A stretch of 62,866 nucleotides of DNA, the filler included. It is 7 parts of 7 records of this genome, joined end to end, with 100 filler letters (N's around TTAATTAATTAA, not from the genome) between each part and the next. Parts side by side here need not be neighbours in the genome. Positions count along the whole stretch, not along the records: positions 1 to 20,472 come from SRR31147125_17464; positions 20,573 to 28,054 come from SRR31147125_17506; 5 more parts are not named here. One strand, written 5' to 3'. This document shows positions 11,060 through 23,243 of the stretch, one piece after another. How positions within the stretch are numbered: position 1 is the stretch's first letter; each line of letters starts with the position of its first letter. The notes beneath the pieces were generated by a model, which was not told the DNA's origin, ran no database searches, and was given only the letters and a program-made list of their open reading frames with translations. The position numbers and the translations under genes were made by a program.

Positions 11060-12448
11060 TTATTTAGCTAATTCGTAGAGTGCTTCTGTATAGATAACAA
11101 TGGCTTTAAAGAAATCATCTAAATCGATAAATTCATTTTTTTGATGTATAAATGTTGGTTTATCTAAAAAATGTGGTCCAAAAGCTACTGTATTTTTCAT
11201 AGCTCTTGCAAATGTACCTCCACCAATTGTAATTGGTTTTGCATGTTTATCATGTGTATGTTTACGGTAAACATCCATTAATGTTTTTACAAGTTCACTT
11301 TCTGGGTCTTGATACAATAATTTTTGATGGTGATCAACATCTACAGATGCGAAATAAGGTGCAACCTTATCTGCAATTTGCTTAACTGCATCATCAAAAT
11401 CAACACCATGTGGATAACGAAGATTTAAACTCATTTGGTATGTGTCATTGATTGTTTTAATGACACCAAAATTAATCGTTAAGTCACCCATTTCATCATC
11501 TTTATAATTGACACCCAGTTTTTTTCCTAGATAATCATCAACAAGTAAATCATTCACTAATGAGACAACATTTTCATCACTAACTTCTTCTTTTAAAAAC
11601 TTAAATAATAAATCAATGGCATTAATTCCATGTTCTGGAGTTGATCCATGAGCTGATTTACCGACAATTTTAATATAGTCTAGACCGTCTTCTGAACGAC
11701 TTTCTCCTTGATAGTTGTTAGCTTCTAAAAATAAAGCAAATTTACCTGCATAATCTTTATTAGGTTTTAATTTAGCTTCTGCAAAATCAGGAACCATATT
11801 ATCTCTAAAGCCACCGTTTACATAAACTAAATCACTTGCAGATAATACACCTTTAACATAAACTCTCGCAATACCTTTTTCCGCATAGATTAACGGAAAA
11901 TCAGCATCTGGAATAAATCCACTAACTGGCATTTGAGGAAATTGTTGGAAATATTTTGATACGCCTCTCCATGCCGTTTCTTCATCAGTACCTAAAACCA
12001 TTTTTATTCTTTTACTTAATTTAACATCCAATTCTTTTAAGATTTTCATCGCATAATATGCAGCAATCGTAGGTCCTTTATCATCTTCAGTGCCTCGACC
12101 ATACATTTGTCCATCATGGACTTCTGCCCCATAGGGTGGGTATGTCCAGTCATTACCTGCTGGTACAACATCTAAATGTCCAATCATACCTACATAATCA
12201 CTTTGGTCACCTAACTCAATATGACCAGCATATCCGTCTAAATCAAATGTTTTAAATCCATCTTTTTTTCCTAATGCTAACATAAAATCTAGCGCTTCTT
12301 TTATACCTTCTCCAAAAGGTGCACCCGCACGTGTTGGATCATATGATGTCAACTCTGAATTAATTTGAATTAGAGCTGTTAAATCATCTAAAATTTGTTG
12401 TTTTCTATTTTCTACTTCTTTTTTAAAATTATAACTCATTGAAATCAT
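11060..12448 (-). CDS. pepV: M20 dipeptidase PepV
   Basis: [28 protein letters not shown] motifs. Confidence 0.92.
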   Translation of the reverse strand: MISMSYNFKKEVENRKQQILDDLTALIQINSELTSYDPTRAGAPFGEGIKEALDFMLALGKKDGFKTFDLDGYAGHIELGDQSDYVGMIGHLDVVPAGNDWTYPPYGAEVHDGQMYGRGTEDDKGPTIAAYYAMKILKELDVKLSKRIKMVLGTDEETAWRGVSKYFQQFPQMPVSGFIPDADFPLIYAEKGIARVYVKGVLSASDLVYVNGGFRDNMVPDFAEAKLKPNKDYAGKFALFLEANNYQGESRSEDGLDYIKIVGKSAHGSTPEHGINAIDLLFKFLKEEVSDENVVSLVNDLLVDDYLGKKLGVNYKDDEMGDLTINFGVIKTINDTYQMSLNLRYPHGVDFDDAVKQIADKVAPYFASVDVDHHQKLLYQDPESELVKTLMDVYRKHTHDKHAKPITIGGGTFARAMKNTVAFGPHFLDKPTFIHQKNEFIDLDDFFKAIVIYTEALYELAK

Positions 12449-12503
12449 CTCCTTAAATTATTTTAACATAATTTCAGTAGTAAATTAAATAAAAAAGTTC
12501 AGA

Positions 12504-12860
12504 CTACTGAACTTTTCTTTCAATTTCTTGTTCTTGTTTTTGAGATGAAGATAAAAATGTCACACGTTCTCCAATTACCTCTAACATATTTATTTTCTTT
12601 TCATCCTCTAATTCAAGTTTATATGTTTGCAATCGCGCTTTAACAGCAATCATAACACCCTTCTTACAATAATTCTCTACGGCTGTTGCTAACCCTTCCC
12701 ATAACGATACTTTAATAAAATCTGTCTCATACTGTCCTTCAATGTTTTTATATGATCGTTGAACTGCAAGTGAAATATCACAAACTTTTCGACCATCAGT
12801 TAATTTTTTGATTTCAGGATCATGTGTTAATCTACCGATTAGTATTAATTGATTCAACAT
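12504..12860 (-). CDS. ssb: Single-stranded DNA-binding protein (short form)
   Basis: LNQLILIGRLTHDPE..ETDFI...W OB-fold; no acidic DDDxPF tail. Confidence 0.88.
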   Translation of the reverse strand: MLNQLILIGRLTHDPEIKKLTDGRKVCDISLAVQRSYKNIEGQYETDFIKVSLWEGLATAVENYCKKGVMIAVKARLQTYKLELEDEKKINMLEVIGERVTFLSSSQKQEQEIERKVQ

Positions 12861-13007
12861 CCTATCAACTCCTTTTTTCTTATTATAGAGTGAATAGAAA
12901 AATATCTTAAATACCCAATTTATAAATCAAAATATGTATCTCATACTTTTTATCATCAAATTTTAATTGTATATAAGCATGAAATGAATGACACGATTGT
13001 TTTATAA

Positions 13008-13032
13008 AAAAAAGGCTGATTTTAGCCTTTTT
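13008..13032. terminator. Hairpin terminator after M16 peptidase
   Basis: AAAAAGGCTGA-TT-TTAGCCTTTTT. Confidence 0.6.
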
Positions 13033-14293
13033 TATAAATAACTGTACTATGTGGTAAATGAATAAATTTCTGATGATATGCACGTAAATCATCATATGTA
13101 ATTGATTGAATAATATCAATTAAATCATATAAATAAACACCTTTATGGAAATATCTAGCATATAAATATGCTTTATGTTCTACTTGATTAAGTGCAAAAA
13201 TAAGATGTCCCATATAAGTTTTTAGATATCTATTAAAATCATTTTCGTTAAATAATTTATCCATATCACTATGGAATCTTTTTGTCATAAAGGATTTTAA
13301 TGTTTCTGGTGATTTAGTATCCCCAAATATCATAAAATGTCCAAATTGTTTGCCAAATGTTGATTGTGTATAGAAATTTCTATTGATGAGATGTTGATCT
13401 AACAAATCATAATAAAGATTTGAAGTTGTTCCAATTAATAGATTAAATAATATGGTATAAGTTAATTCTTCTTTCACATACTCAATACCATGTGCATGAA
13501 CCAATGGGATTTTATAGCCAATCGCCAGTTTGCTCATCGATACATCTTTCTCTTTGATTAACATTGATTCTTTAACATCAGCATCTTCATCAGCTATCAT
13601 CATATCTACTGTTTGATCAATTGCTGATTGCTCATCATATGCGCTCAAAAAAGATTGAATCTCTTCTACATCCATACGACCTGCAATCACTAACAATCGA
13701 TTTGAAGGTTGATAAAACTTTTGATGTATATCATTTAATACATCTTGATCAATCTCTTTAATTGATTCAAGTGTACCACCAATGTCATGTTTAAAAGGAT
13801 GTTGGAAAAATATTTGACGCATAAGATCTTGATAAATTTCTTGTTCTATATCATCTTGATACATTTTTAATTCTTCAGCAATAATTTTTTCTTCTGCGAT
13901 AATATTCTCTTTTGTAAAATATGTATGATCGAGCATTTCAAGTAATAACTTTAATGCTGGTAATACATGATTTGTTGCATGAAATAAATATGAAGTCTGT
14001 GCATAAGATGTCATGGCATTTGCATCAACACCTAATTTAGAAAACTCTAAAAATGCATCTCCATCTTCCATCGCAAATATCTTATGTTCCATGAAATGCG
14101 CACTACCAGGCGGATAAGTCACTATTTTATCGTTTTCCTTATAGGCTAAGTCATTCGATCCAAAAGGTAAACTGCATTCTACATAAGTTGAAAAATATGG
14201 ATCATCTTTCGGTAACAAATGAACTTGCATACCATTTTTTAATGTAATGATATGAACGGTTTCATTAAATCTTTTATCTATTTTAGTTTTCAT
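13022..14293 (-). CDS. M16 zinc peptidase (YmfH-like, catalytic subunit)
   Basis: Inverted zinc motif HFMEH and NAMTS. Confidence 0.88.
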   Translation of the reverse strand: MKTKIDKRFNETVHIITLKNGMQVHLLPKDDPYFSTYVECSLPFGSNDLAYKENDKIVTYPPGSAHFMEHKIFAMEDGDAFLEFSKLGVDANAMTSYAQTSYLFHATNHVLPALKLLLEMLDHTYFTKENIIAEEKIIAEELKMYQDDIEQEIYQDLMRQIFFQHPFKHDIGGTLESIKEIDQDVLNDIHQKFYQPSNRLLVIAGRMDVEEIQSFLSAYDEQSAIDQTVDMMIADEDADVKESMLIKEKDVSMSKLAIGYKIPLVHAHGIEYVKEELTYTILFNLLIGTTSNLYYDLLDQHLINRNFYTQSTFGKQFGHFMIFGDTKSPETLKSFMTKRFHSDMDKLFNENDFNRYLKTYMGHLIFALNQVEHKAYLYARYFHKGVYLYDLIDIIQSITYDDLRAYHQKFIHLPHSTVIYKKG

Positions 14294-15493
14294 TTTTATC
14301 ACCTGATATCACATAAGTCACTTGATGTTTTAGCATTTGGTAAACATGAAGCACATCGTCAAATGTCACATTTTCTATCATCTTTATTTTTTCGTCCAAT
14401 GTATATGACTCTTTATATAACATATCAAAAAATGCACGTAATGTCATACTTCCTTGATTATCATAACTTGATTTTAATTGATGGATAATACTTGCTTTTG
14501 CTGAAATTAGTGCTTCTTTATTTAGACCATAAGACACTAAATCATCAAACACAGCTTTAAATGCAAGGAGCGCTTCTTTTTTCTTTTTAGATCAACACCA
14601 CTTTTCACAATAAATGTGCCTTGAAGTGGGTCATATTGACTTCTTACATCATAACAAAATCCTTGTTTTTCTCTAATCTCTTTAAACAAGATACTTTCAG
14701 CATAACCACCAACCATCATATTAAAGCACAAAGCCGCATCATATAATGGATGATTTCTTAGTACTGGTAAATGATATCCAAGATAAATCACAGCTTGCTG
14801 CATTTCTAAATATTCAAAAACTTCATGATAAGTTGAAGATTTTAAGACTTCAAGTGATAAATCAATTTGAAGTTGATTTTCAAATGCTTTCAAAGGTGCT
14901 TCAATCATATGTTTATCATCTTTAACATATCCATTGACAATAATTTCAATTTGATTTGATTTTAAAACTTCAAAGTAATATGTACGCAAATCTTCTAATT
15001 GTATTGCTTTGATGTCTTCAAGTGTACCGCTCATTGGATAACCAAAAGGATGGTCTTTAAAAAAATGTTTATTAAATTGCAATTTAGCATATAATCCTTT
15101 TTGATCTTTTAGCGACTCCCATTGCTCAATGAGCATACGTTTCTCATGTTCAAATATTTGTGCACTAAAAAAACTTCTCTCAAATAGCATATCTTTAAAC
15201 AATGTCATCATCTGATCGAAAAGTGATTGATCACTTACGATCTTAGGGTTGACCATGACAAACCCTATATGCATCACATTTAATTTCCCAATTTGACTTG
15301 TTCTACCTGATAATGAAGCGCCATATAAATCTTGAAGATGTGTTTGTAACTGTTGTTTAGTTTGATGTCTATTTGTATGCGTCGATAACATTTTAGACAA
15401 TAAAAAACGATACGCGCGTTTTTTAACATCATCTTTTTCAATCATGTGAAAACTGACTTGTATCGTTTTATAATCAGAATGTATGAAATGCAT
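14283..15493 (-). CDS. M16 peptidase partner (YmfF-like), frameshift at A-run ~14577-14582
   Basis: SILFKEIREKQGFCY motif; adding one A to the A6 run joins the 318-aa and 89-aa ORFs. Confidence 0.8.
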
Positions 15494-16203
15494 TATAAAC
15501 TATTTAACGCAACTTCCATCATATGTGTAAATGCTTCTTGTCTTTCTTTAGCAGTAGTTGCTTCATTTGTAGCAAATGAATCAGACACTGTTAATAAACA
15601 AGCAGCTTGTTTACCACATGCTTTTGCATTCGCAAATAATGCAAAAGACTCCATTTCGACTGCATCGACTTTATAAGTTTTTACTAAACGTATGTAATCA
15701 TCTGCATCAAGACGATAAAACACATCTGATGAATGAATAATTGCAGGATTAACCTTAATATTTAATGCTTTTCCAGCTTCATAAATTTTATCATTTAATG
15801 CTTGACTACTTTCTAAAATGTGTGCATCAGATACACCCATTGTTGCAGCATAACTTGATTCTGAATAAGCATGTTCTGCTAATAAAACATCATATAACTT
15901 AAATTTAGGATTATAAGCACCACATGAACCAATTCTAATGATGTTTTCTACACCATAAAATTTATAGAGCTCATATGAATAAATACCTATACTTGGCATA
16001 CCCATACCTGAACCCATAACAGTAACTTTTTTTCCTTTATATGTTCCTGTATAACCAAACATATTACGTACTTGATTAATTTGAACAACATCTTCTAAAA
16101 AAGTTTCTGCAATAAATTTCGCACGCAATGGATCACCTGGCATTAAAACAGTTTTTGCAATTAAATCTTTATTTTCTAACTCAATATGTGCTGTTGGAAT
16201 CAT
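15493..16203 (-). CDS. deoD: Purine nucleoside phosphorylase
   Basis: MPGDPLRAK, GSGMGMPS, VEMES motifs. Confidence 0.96.
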   Translation of the reverse strand: MIPTAHIELENKDLIAKTVLMPGDPLRAKFIAETFLEDVVQINQVRNMFGYTGTYKGKKVTVMGSGMGMPSIGIYSYELYKFYGVENIIRIGSCGAYNPKFKLYDVLLAEHAYSESSYAATMGVSDAHILESSQALNDKIYEAGKALNIKVNPAIIHSSDVFYRLDADDYIRLVKTYKVDAVEMESFALFANAKACGKQAACLLTVSDSFATNEATTAKERQEAFTHMMEVALNSL

Positions 16204-16855
16204 CTTGTTTTACCTCTTTTTCCATAATTTGGACACCATTTGAAGTACCTAAACGTGTCGCACCTGCTTCAATCATCGCCATCGCTTGGTCATACGTTCT
16301 TACACCACCGCTAGCTTTAACTTCTGCATTTTCTTTTACAGTTTCTTTCATTAATTTAACGTGTGCTATGGTTGCACCATTTGTTCCAAATCCTGTAGAT
16401 GTTTTTACAAAATTTGCACCCGCTTGTACTGATAATTCACAAGCTTTTACAATTTCTTCATCGGACAAATAACATGTTTCTAATATCACTTTAACAACAC
16501 GCCCATCTGCAGCTTCCACAACACCTTTGATTTCACTTAATATTTTGTGATAATCTTTTTGATGCATGGCTGCAACATTCATGACAACATCTAATTCTTC
16601 TGCACCATCTAATACAGCTTGTTCTGCTTCATATTTTTTAACATTAGGTTCATGTGTTCCATGTGGGAAACCAATCACTGTACATGTTAATACGGTTGTT
16701 CTTTTTAGTTTATGTCGTACATATTTAACCCATATTGGATTAACACATACACTTTTAAAATCATAAGTTTTCGCTTCATTTAATAATTGATCAATTTGAG
16801 CTTTAGATACATTTGCACCTAATTTAGTATGATCAATATGCTTATTTAATAACAT
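16181..16855 (-). CDS. deoC: Deoxyribose-phosphate aldolase
   Basis: IDHT.L, VIGFPHG, VKTSTGF, VKASGG, RLGTS motifs. Confidence 0.96.
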   Translation of the reverse strand: MLLNKHIDHTKLGANVSKAQIDQLLNEAKTYDFKSVCVNPIWVKYVRHKLKRTTVLTCTVIGFPHGTHEPNVKKYEAEQAVLDGAEELDVVMNVAAMHQKDYHKILSEIKGVVEAADGRVVKVILETCYLSDEEIVKACELSVQAGANFVKTSTGFGTNGATIAHVKLMKETVKENAEVKASGGVRTYDQAMAMIEAGATRLGTSNGVQIMEKEVKQDDSNSTY

Positions 16856-16860
16856 GATTT

Positions 16861-17505
16861 TTATCTCCTTATTTTAGATTTTATTTTTATAATATGTTTT
16901 GAAAAATATTTAACAATAACACCAGTAAACAACGTGAGAACAACAGTGAAAATTCCAATTTGTTCCAACATATCTCCATAAATATATCCTAATATAAGTG
17001 CAACGATTAAATATGATCCATCGATTAATACTTTTGTTATGGATATATTATTAATTCTTTTGTCAAGCACCAATAAGAGACTTTCAAAAGGCGATGGTGG
17101 ATAGCCTGTATTCACAGTTAAAGCAACTCCAACTCCTAAAATCAATATACCAATACTTGCAAGTAAAAATCTAGATGTAAAGCTTATGAACCAAGTATCT
17201 GGCACAAATCCAAATAAATAAATCCATATATCAATAAAATTACCCACAATAAATATAAAAATAAAACTAATGAGTACTTTATAATCCTTTGAGAGGATAT
17301 AACTTAATATAACTGCAAATAAACCATTAAGTATTGCAACCCGTCCAACAGTGAAAAATGGATGATTTTTACTTATGATTTCTGATAAGTAATAATTGAA
17401 TGCATCCATAGGACCTGCACCCAGTTGTGCTGTTAACACGAAAACAATACCTAGGGAAATAAGAATAAATCCAAAGATGTGTTCAAAAATTTTCATATAT
17501 TTCAC
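16861..17505 (-). CDS. YczE/YyaS/YitT-family membrane protein
   Basis: Six TMs; LGAGPMD and IGIFT motifs. Confidence 0.7.
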   Translation of the reverse strand: MKYMKIFEHIFGFILISLGIVFVLTAQLGAGPMDAFNYYLSEIISKNHPFFTVGRVAILNGLFAVILSYILSKDYKVLISFIFIFIVGNFIDIWIYLFGFVPDTWFISFTSRFLLASIGILILGVGVALTVNTGYPPSPFESLLLVLDKRINNISITKVLIDGSYLIVALILGYIYGDMLEQIGIFTVVLTLFTGVIVKYFSKHIIKIKSKIRR

Positions 17506-18359
17506 GAATCAATCATAAAACGTAATTCTGCACGTTGAAATTGATCACTTAATTCCTTTAACTTAGATTTTTTAATTATTTTATGTACTTTTTTACATAC
17601 TTTTTTCGGTATAACCTTTGTCCCTTTAATAAAACCAGGTACATCAATTAAATACTTATCAATCACGTCAAATACATCTTGTGCATCATAGACTTTAATT
17701 GATTCTCCGATACGATAGAAAACATAATCGATTTCTGTTGGAAAAACAGTCAACGTCTGTTCTTTCCATTCAATACCCATACCGATTCTTTTATTGTTTG
17801 TTGTTAAAAAATGGTATCGAGGAACATACGTATCAAGTTCTTTGTAATAATCTTGTAACTGCATATGATCATCTAAATAACGATATATCGATGATAAACG
17901 ATCTGTTGGTAAATAATAGTAGTCATTTAAAATAATTGGATTTTTTTCCATATAAGCATCTTTTAACATCGTAAATACTTTCATGACTGTATCCATTTTA
18001 AACGCTAAAACATTTTCAAACATCTCATTATATATGGCAAAATTAAATCGATCACAAATTTTCTTTGCAATGTCAAAAACTTGTCTTGCCACGTAATTTG
18101 GTGTGAGTATTGGCATTTCCAAATGGAAATTTAAATCTAAAAATTTAGGATTTAATCGATAAATATCAGGTACTTGTGATTTTGGAGTAATGACAAATAA
18201 AACTTTATATGAAAGCCTTGGGTGTACATAGAAAAACCTAACACTCGCTTCGTCCATTTCAACTTTGAATCCATCAATACTTTCAAAGAACACAATGAGT
18301 TGTTCTAAATCAATTTTACGACTTTTTTCTTTAAAAAAATGTATATTAAATTTCGCCAT
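17502..18359 (-). CDS. Hypothetical protein
   Basis: 285-aa ORF with GGTGG RBS, in operon. Confidence 0.75.
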   Translation of the reverse strand: MAKFNIHFFKEKSRKIDLEQLIVFFESIDGFKVEMDEASVRFFYVHPRLSYKVLFVITPKSQVPDIYRLNPKFLDLNFHLEMPILTPNYVARQVFDIAKKICDRFNFAIYNEMFENVLAFKMDTVMKVFTMLKDAYMEKNPIILNDYYYLPTDRLSSIYRYLDDHMQLQDYYKELDTYVPRYHFLTTNNKRIGMGIEWKEQTLTVFPTEIDYVFYRIGESIKVYDAQDVFDVIDKYLIDVPGFIKGTKVIPKKVCKKVHKIIKKSKLKELSDQFQRAELRFMIDS

Positions 18360-18416
18360 TATGTCACCACCATTTCTACGTTTATTCTACCATAGATCAA
18401 AGATATCTACAATTGA

Positions 18417-19148
18417 TTAAGGATTTAACATTTTTTCAATTCTTTTGTAATTTGTACGATCAAATTGCAAAGGTGTAATTGAAATATAGCCTTCTTCATA
18501 TGCAAGATAATCTGAATCTAGATGTTCTTGATAATTTACTATACTATGCTTAACATGAAAGATATCTGGCTTTTCACTTGGTACATATTGAGCCATTTGA
18601 TATCTTAGGCCTTGTCGTGTCACTTTTACACCGACAGGCTTTTTAAAACTTGTTTTAGGGAAATTAATATTAAGAATTCCATCACCTTCATATACTTTTG
18701 TTTCAATGATTTCATCGAAAAGTTTCATGGTTTCATCAAAAAGATAATCCGTTTTTATTTGTGGTGCAGAAATTGCTATCGCATTAACACCAAGTGCTTT
18801 TGCTTCAAGCGCAGCTGCAACCGTACCAGAATAAAAGACATCTTTTGCTAAATTCACACCATGATTTATTCCAGAGACCACTAAATCGAAATCAACATTA
18901 AATAGTTTTAGTCCAAGACGTGTTGCATCTGCTGGTGTACCATCAACAACAAGAGTTTCTTTTGCTCCTAAAACTGAATCAGTTCTAAATGTTTCAATTT
19001 TTGTAAAAATCGTAATCGCATGACTTTTCGCACTTTGATGTGTTTTAGGTGATGAGACATAGATATTCGCAAAAGGTAATAAAGCTTTAACAAGTAGTTG
19101 AAGCCCTTCAGCTTGATATCCATCATCATTAACAACTAAAATATTCAT
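18417..19148 (-). CDS. surE: 5'/3'-nucleotidase SurE
   Basis: NDDG, GTPAD, VVSGIN.G.N, YSGTVAAA motifs. Confidence 0.94.
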   Translation of the reverse strand: MNILVVNDDGYQAEGLQLLVKALLPFANIYVSSPKTHQSAKSHAITIFTKIETFRTDSVLGAKETLVVDGTPADATRLGLKLFNVDFDLVVSGINHGVNLAKDVFYSGTVAAALEAKALGVNAIAISAPQIKTDYLFDETMKLFDEIIETKVYEGDGILNINFPKTSFKKPVGVKVTRQGLRYQMAQYVPSEKPDIFHVKHSIVNYQEHLDSDYLAYEEGYISITPLQFDRTNYKRIEKMLNP

Positions 19149-19150
19149 AT

Positions 19151-20472
19151 TTATTCTCCCTTATTTAAAATATCATGACAACGATCACATGTACCATCTT
19201 CATGGACATGGTCAACAATGTTCCAACATCTTGCACACGTTTCTCCCGTAGCTTTTTTAACATTAACGCGTAGTTGATCAGAGACACTTAAATTAACTTT
19301 TGAAACTATGAGTACTTGATGTAAATTCATATCAAGTAAATCAATGGCATCTTTTTGTGTTTGTGTCACACTAAGATCTAGTTCTGCTTGTAGTGATTTA
19401 CCAATTATTTTTTCAGCTCTTGCTTGTTCCAGCGTTTTAAGTACGACACCTCTTACTTCTAAAAATAGGTCAAATGCTTTTAATAAATCTTGATTACCTA
19501 ATTCAGATTTTTTAGGCATATCTTCTAAATAAACATTTTCATATTGATGTTTAGGTAGATATAGATATGCTTCATGCGTTGTATGTGGCATAATTGGTGT
19601 TAATAGTTTTAATAATCCTAGTAATATATCATATAATGTTGATTGAATACTTTGTCTTTCAAAATCATCTTGTGCATGAATATATAAAATATCTTTTGTA
19701 TAGTCAAGATAATAAGCAGATAATTCATTGACCATAAATGGCACAACAGAGCGATAAACTTTATCAAATGCATAATTTTCGTATGCATCAACAACTTCAT
19801 TTTTCACTTGCATGTATTTAAGTGTCATCACACGGTTTAATTGTCCTCTCATTGAAAAACCAATATAATCTTTTTCAGGGTCAAAATCTTTAAGATTACC
19901 GAGTACAAATCTAAATGTGTTTCTAATCTTACGATAACTCTCAGAGATTTGTTTCATCATCTCATTTGAATTTTTAACATCTGATTGATAATCAACATAT
20001 GAAACCCATAATCTTAGTAAATCTGCACCTTGTTGCTTCATCACTTTGATTGGATCGACTGCATTACCTAATGACTTACTCATTTTTCTACCCTTAGGAT
20101 CAAGTGTAAATCCGTGAGAAACCACACGTTTATATGGCGCGCTGCCATTAACTGCAACACCTGTGATTAATGATGAATTAAACCAACCTCTATATTGATC
20201 TGAACCTTCTAAATAAAGATCAGCAGGATATGGCATGTCATTTGCTTCTAACAATGTGTGTGAAGATCCTGAATCAAACCAAACATCCATAATATCTGTT
20301 TCTTTTTTAAATGTGTTATTAGGAGATCCTGGATGTGTAAATCCTTCTGGTAATAAATCTTTTGCTTCTCTTTCATACCAAACATTAGAACCATGCTTAC
20401 CAAATAAATCACTGACATGTGCTAAAACTTTTTGATCAAGAATGGCATCACCATTTTCAGCATAGAAAATAG
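19151..20472 (-). CDS. ileS: Isoleucyl-tRNA synthetase, 5'-truncated by contig end
   Basis: DVWFDSG, EGSDQYRGWF, KMSKS, C-terminal C..C/C..C zinc finger; frame open up to the gap. Confidence 0.95.
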
Positions 20473-20572
20473 NNNNNNNNNNNNNNNNNNNNNNNNNNNN
20501 NNNNNNNNNNNNNNNNTTAATTAATTAANNNNNNNNNNNNNNNNNNNNNNNNNNNNNNNNNNNNNNNNNNNN
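20473..20572. other. Contig-joining spacer
   Basis: N-run, TTAATTAATTAA (stops in all frames), N-run. Confidence 0.98.
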
Positions 20573-20775
20573 GCCCCGGGAATCCTCCCGGGGTGTAAAA
20601 TGGTTTTTGGGCATGTGCCCCAACCAGATTTGAAAAAGGGAAAAAACCGTTGTTGTGAAAGCAAAACCAGCATTGTTTTTGGGTGACATTGCTATGGCAG
20701 TCCAGCTGGGAGCCCATGCCCCAATGTATTTCCTACCCGGGGATGGAATCCCCGAGCGATCAGAGGACCTTTTAT

Positions 20776-20805
20776 AGTGAAATGACACAGTCATTTCACT
20801 CCAAA
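20776..20805. repeat. Palindromic repeat, copy 1
   Basis: AGTGAAATGAC-ACA-GTCATTTCACT-CCAAA; 28 nt identical to 23718-23745. Confidence 0.85.
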
Positions 20806-20964
20806 ACAGGAGTAGATAAAATTATTACATATTTTCAATTGCTTTTTGGCTTTCAGATATTCATATTACAGTTTTATTAAATCGTTCCGGATAATAGAAA
20901 AAGGTCGTAACTTTTATTGCACAAATAATATGCTATTCAGTCAACTAAAATCAGGGAGAATTGA

Positions 20965-22461
20965 ATGGGCAAGTACATTTTATCATTGGATCAGGGAACA
21001 ACCAGTTCGCGGGCCATTCTGTTTGATCATTTAGGTTCTATTTTAACGATGGCGCAACAGGATTTTACACAACATTTTCCGAAACCAGGATGGGTTGAAC
21101 ATAATGCATCTGATATCTGGCAATCTCAATTAAATGTCGCCACCAAAGCCATAAAACAATTTGGTATTACCGGTAAAGACATTGATGCCATCGGAATTAC
21201 CAATCAGCGTGAGACAACCGTTGTTTGGGACCGGGAGACAGGTGAACCTGTTCATAATGCCATTGTATGGCAGGACCGAAGAACATCTGATTTTTGTAAA
21301 AAATTATCCGAAAACGGTTATGTGGATACATTTAAAAAGAAAACCGGCCTTGTTATTGATGCCTATTTTTCCGGGACAAAGATAAAATGGATCCTGGATA
21401 ATGTTAAAGGAGCCCGTGAAAAGGCAGACAAAGGTCAGCTTGCCTTTGGAACTATTGACAGTTGGCTTGTCTGGAATCTGACCGGTGGGAAAAAACATAT
21501 TACGGATGTGACCAATGCCAGCCGTACACTTTTATATAATATCCATACACTTGAATGGGACGACGAGTTGTTGGACATCCTGGACATTCCCGGATCCATG
21601 TTGCCGGAAGTACATTCCTCTAGCGAGCAATATGCTGTGACAACAAAAGATCTTTTTGATTCTGAAATTCCCATAGCCGGTATTGCCGGCGATCAACAGG
21701 CTGCTCTTTTTGGCCAAATGTGTGTCGAACCGGGCATGATTAAAAATACCTATGGCACAGGCGCATTTATCATCATAAATACCGGGACTGAGCCTGTTGA
21801 ATCTCAAAATAATCTGTTAACCACCATTGCCTGGCAGTTTAATAATCAGACGACATACGCCCTGGAAGGCAGCGTCTTTGTTGCCGGTGCAGTGGTGCAA
21901 TGGCTTCGCGATGAATTAGGGCTGATAAAATCCGCACCGGATATAGAAAAGCTCGCTGCCAAAGTAACTGATAATGGTGGTGTTTATCTTGTCCCTGCTT
22001 TTGTTGGTCTTGGGGCTCCTTATTGGGATCAATTTGCCCGGGGAACGATTGTCGGGTTAACCAGAGGCTCCAATTCCGGTCATATCGCGCGTGCGGCACT
22101 GGAAGCAATCGCATATCAATCAAAAGATGTGCTGGATGCCATGCAAGCTGATTCCGGTATTCAATTTAAAGAACTGCGTGTTGATGGTGGTGCGACTGCC
22201 AATAATCTTTTACTGCAGTTTCAGGCAGATATATTAAATATACCCATAATACGTCCAAAAATCCTGGAGACCACAGCTTTGGGTGCTGCCTACCTGGCCG
22301 GATTGGCCACAGGGTACTGGAAAGATGTGGACGATATAAAAGATCAATGGCAAGTTGATACAAAATTTAACCCGCAAATGGATCAAGCCACTTCCACTAA
22401 ACTTGTTAGTACGTGGAAAAAAGCTGTTGGACGATCGCATGAATGGATTCAATCTGAATAG
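20965..22461 (+). CDS. glpK: Glycerol kinase
   Basis: [30 protein letters not shown] motifs. Confidence 0.97.
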   Translation: MGKYILSLDQGTTSSRAILFDHLGSILTMAQQDFTQHFPKPGWVEHNASDIWQSQLNVATKAIKQFGITGKDIDAIGITNQRETTVVWDRETGEPVHNAIVWQDRRTSDFCKKLSENGYVDTFKKKTGLVIDAYFSGTKIKWILDNVKGAREKADKGQLAFGTIDSWLVWNLTGGKKHITDVTNASRTLLYNIHTLEWDDELLDILDIPGSMLPEVHSSSEQYAVTTKDLFDSEIPIAGIAGDQQAALFGQMCVEPGMIKNTYGTGAFIIINTGTEPVESQNNLLTTIAWQFNNQTTYALEGSVFVAGAVVQWLRDELGLIKSAPDIEKLAAKVTDNGGVYLVPAFVGLGAPYWDQFARGTIVGLTRGSNSGHIARAALEAIAYQSKDVLDAMQADSGIQFKELRVDGGATANNLLLQFQADILNIPIIRPKILETTALGAAYLAGLATGYWKDVDDIKDQWQVDTKFNPQMDQATSTKLVSTWKKAVGRSHEWIQSE

Positions 22462-22491
22462 TATTTGACAGTATGATAAGGAGGTAACCTG

Positions 22492-23205
22492 ATGTCTGAA
22501 TTTGTCGCGGAAATTATTGGAACAGCTATTTTAATCATATTAGGTGGAGGTGTTTGCGCGAATGTATTGTTGAAAAATACAAAAGCAAACAACAGCGGAT
22601 GGATTGTGGTCACGTTTGGATGGGCTATGGGTGTTTTTGTTGCTGTCTTTACAGTATCACAATTTAGCGGTGCGCATATAAATCCTGCTGTTACAATTGG
22701 TCTCGCTGTCGCTCACAAATTTGCCTGGGCAAATGTACCAAAGTATCTTTTAGCTCAGTTAATTGGTGGTTGCATCGGAGCGTTTATTGTCTGGGTTCAC
22801 TATAGACAACACTTTGAAATTACGGAAGATAAAGAGGCCAAGCTCTGTGTGTTTTGTACAACACCACAGGAGAGAAATTATCTGGATAATGTTCTATCTG
22901 AAATAATCGGTACCTTTATTCTGGTTTTTGGCGTTATTTACATGGCTGCTCCTAATGTCGGCCTGGGAGCCATACAGGCATTGCCTGTCGGATTATTAGT
23001 GTTTGCTATTGGTTTATCTCTCGGCGGGACAACAGGATATGCTATCAATCCGGCACGTGATTTGGCTCCCCGGATCATGCATGCCATTCTGCCATTCTCG
23101 CATAAGGGAAGTAGTGACTGGAAATATGCCTGGGTTCCGGTTATAGGACCTGTTGTCGGAGGTTCCTTAGCTGGTTTACTATACCTTTTGCTGCAAAAGT
23201 CATGA
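22492..23205 (+). CDS. glpF: Glycerol uptake facilitator (aquaglyceroporin)
   Basis: SGAHINPAV and AINPARD NPA motifs; follows glpK. Confidence 0.95.
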   Translation: MSEFVAEIIGTAILIILGGGVCANVLLKNTKANNSGWIVVTFGWAMGVFVAVFTVSQFSGAHINPAVTIGLAVAHKFAWANVPKYLLAQLIGGCIGAFIVWVHYRQHFEITEDKEAKLCVFCTTPQERNYLDNVLSEIIGTFILVFGVIYMAAPNVGLGAIQALPVGLLVFAIGLSLGGTTGYAINPARDLAPRIMHAILPFSHKGSSDWKYAWVPVIGPVVGGSLAGLLYLLLQKS

Positions 23206-23216
23206 GAATTGCTTTT

Positions 23217-23243
23217 AAAAGCCCGGTTTAGCCGGGCTTTTTC
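23217..23243 (+). terminator. Terminator after glpF
   Basis: AAAAGCCCGG-TTTAG-CCGGGCTTTTT. Confidence 0.8.

Noticed and set aside
1-20472. Alternative genetic code (TGA=Trp) in the mollicute-like contig
   Set aside because: Genes translate full-length in code 11, Trp is TGG, and TGA ends thyA at an ATGA overlap with folA.
20573-20775. Short ORFs at the start of contig 2 as a transposase remnant
   Set aside because: No convincing motif in any frame; too short to call.
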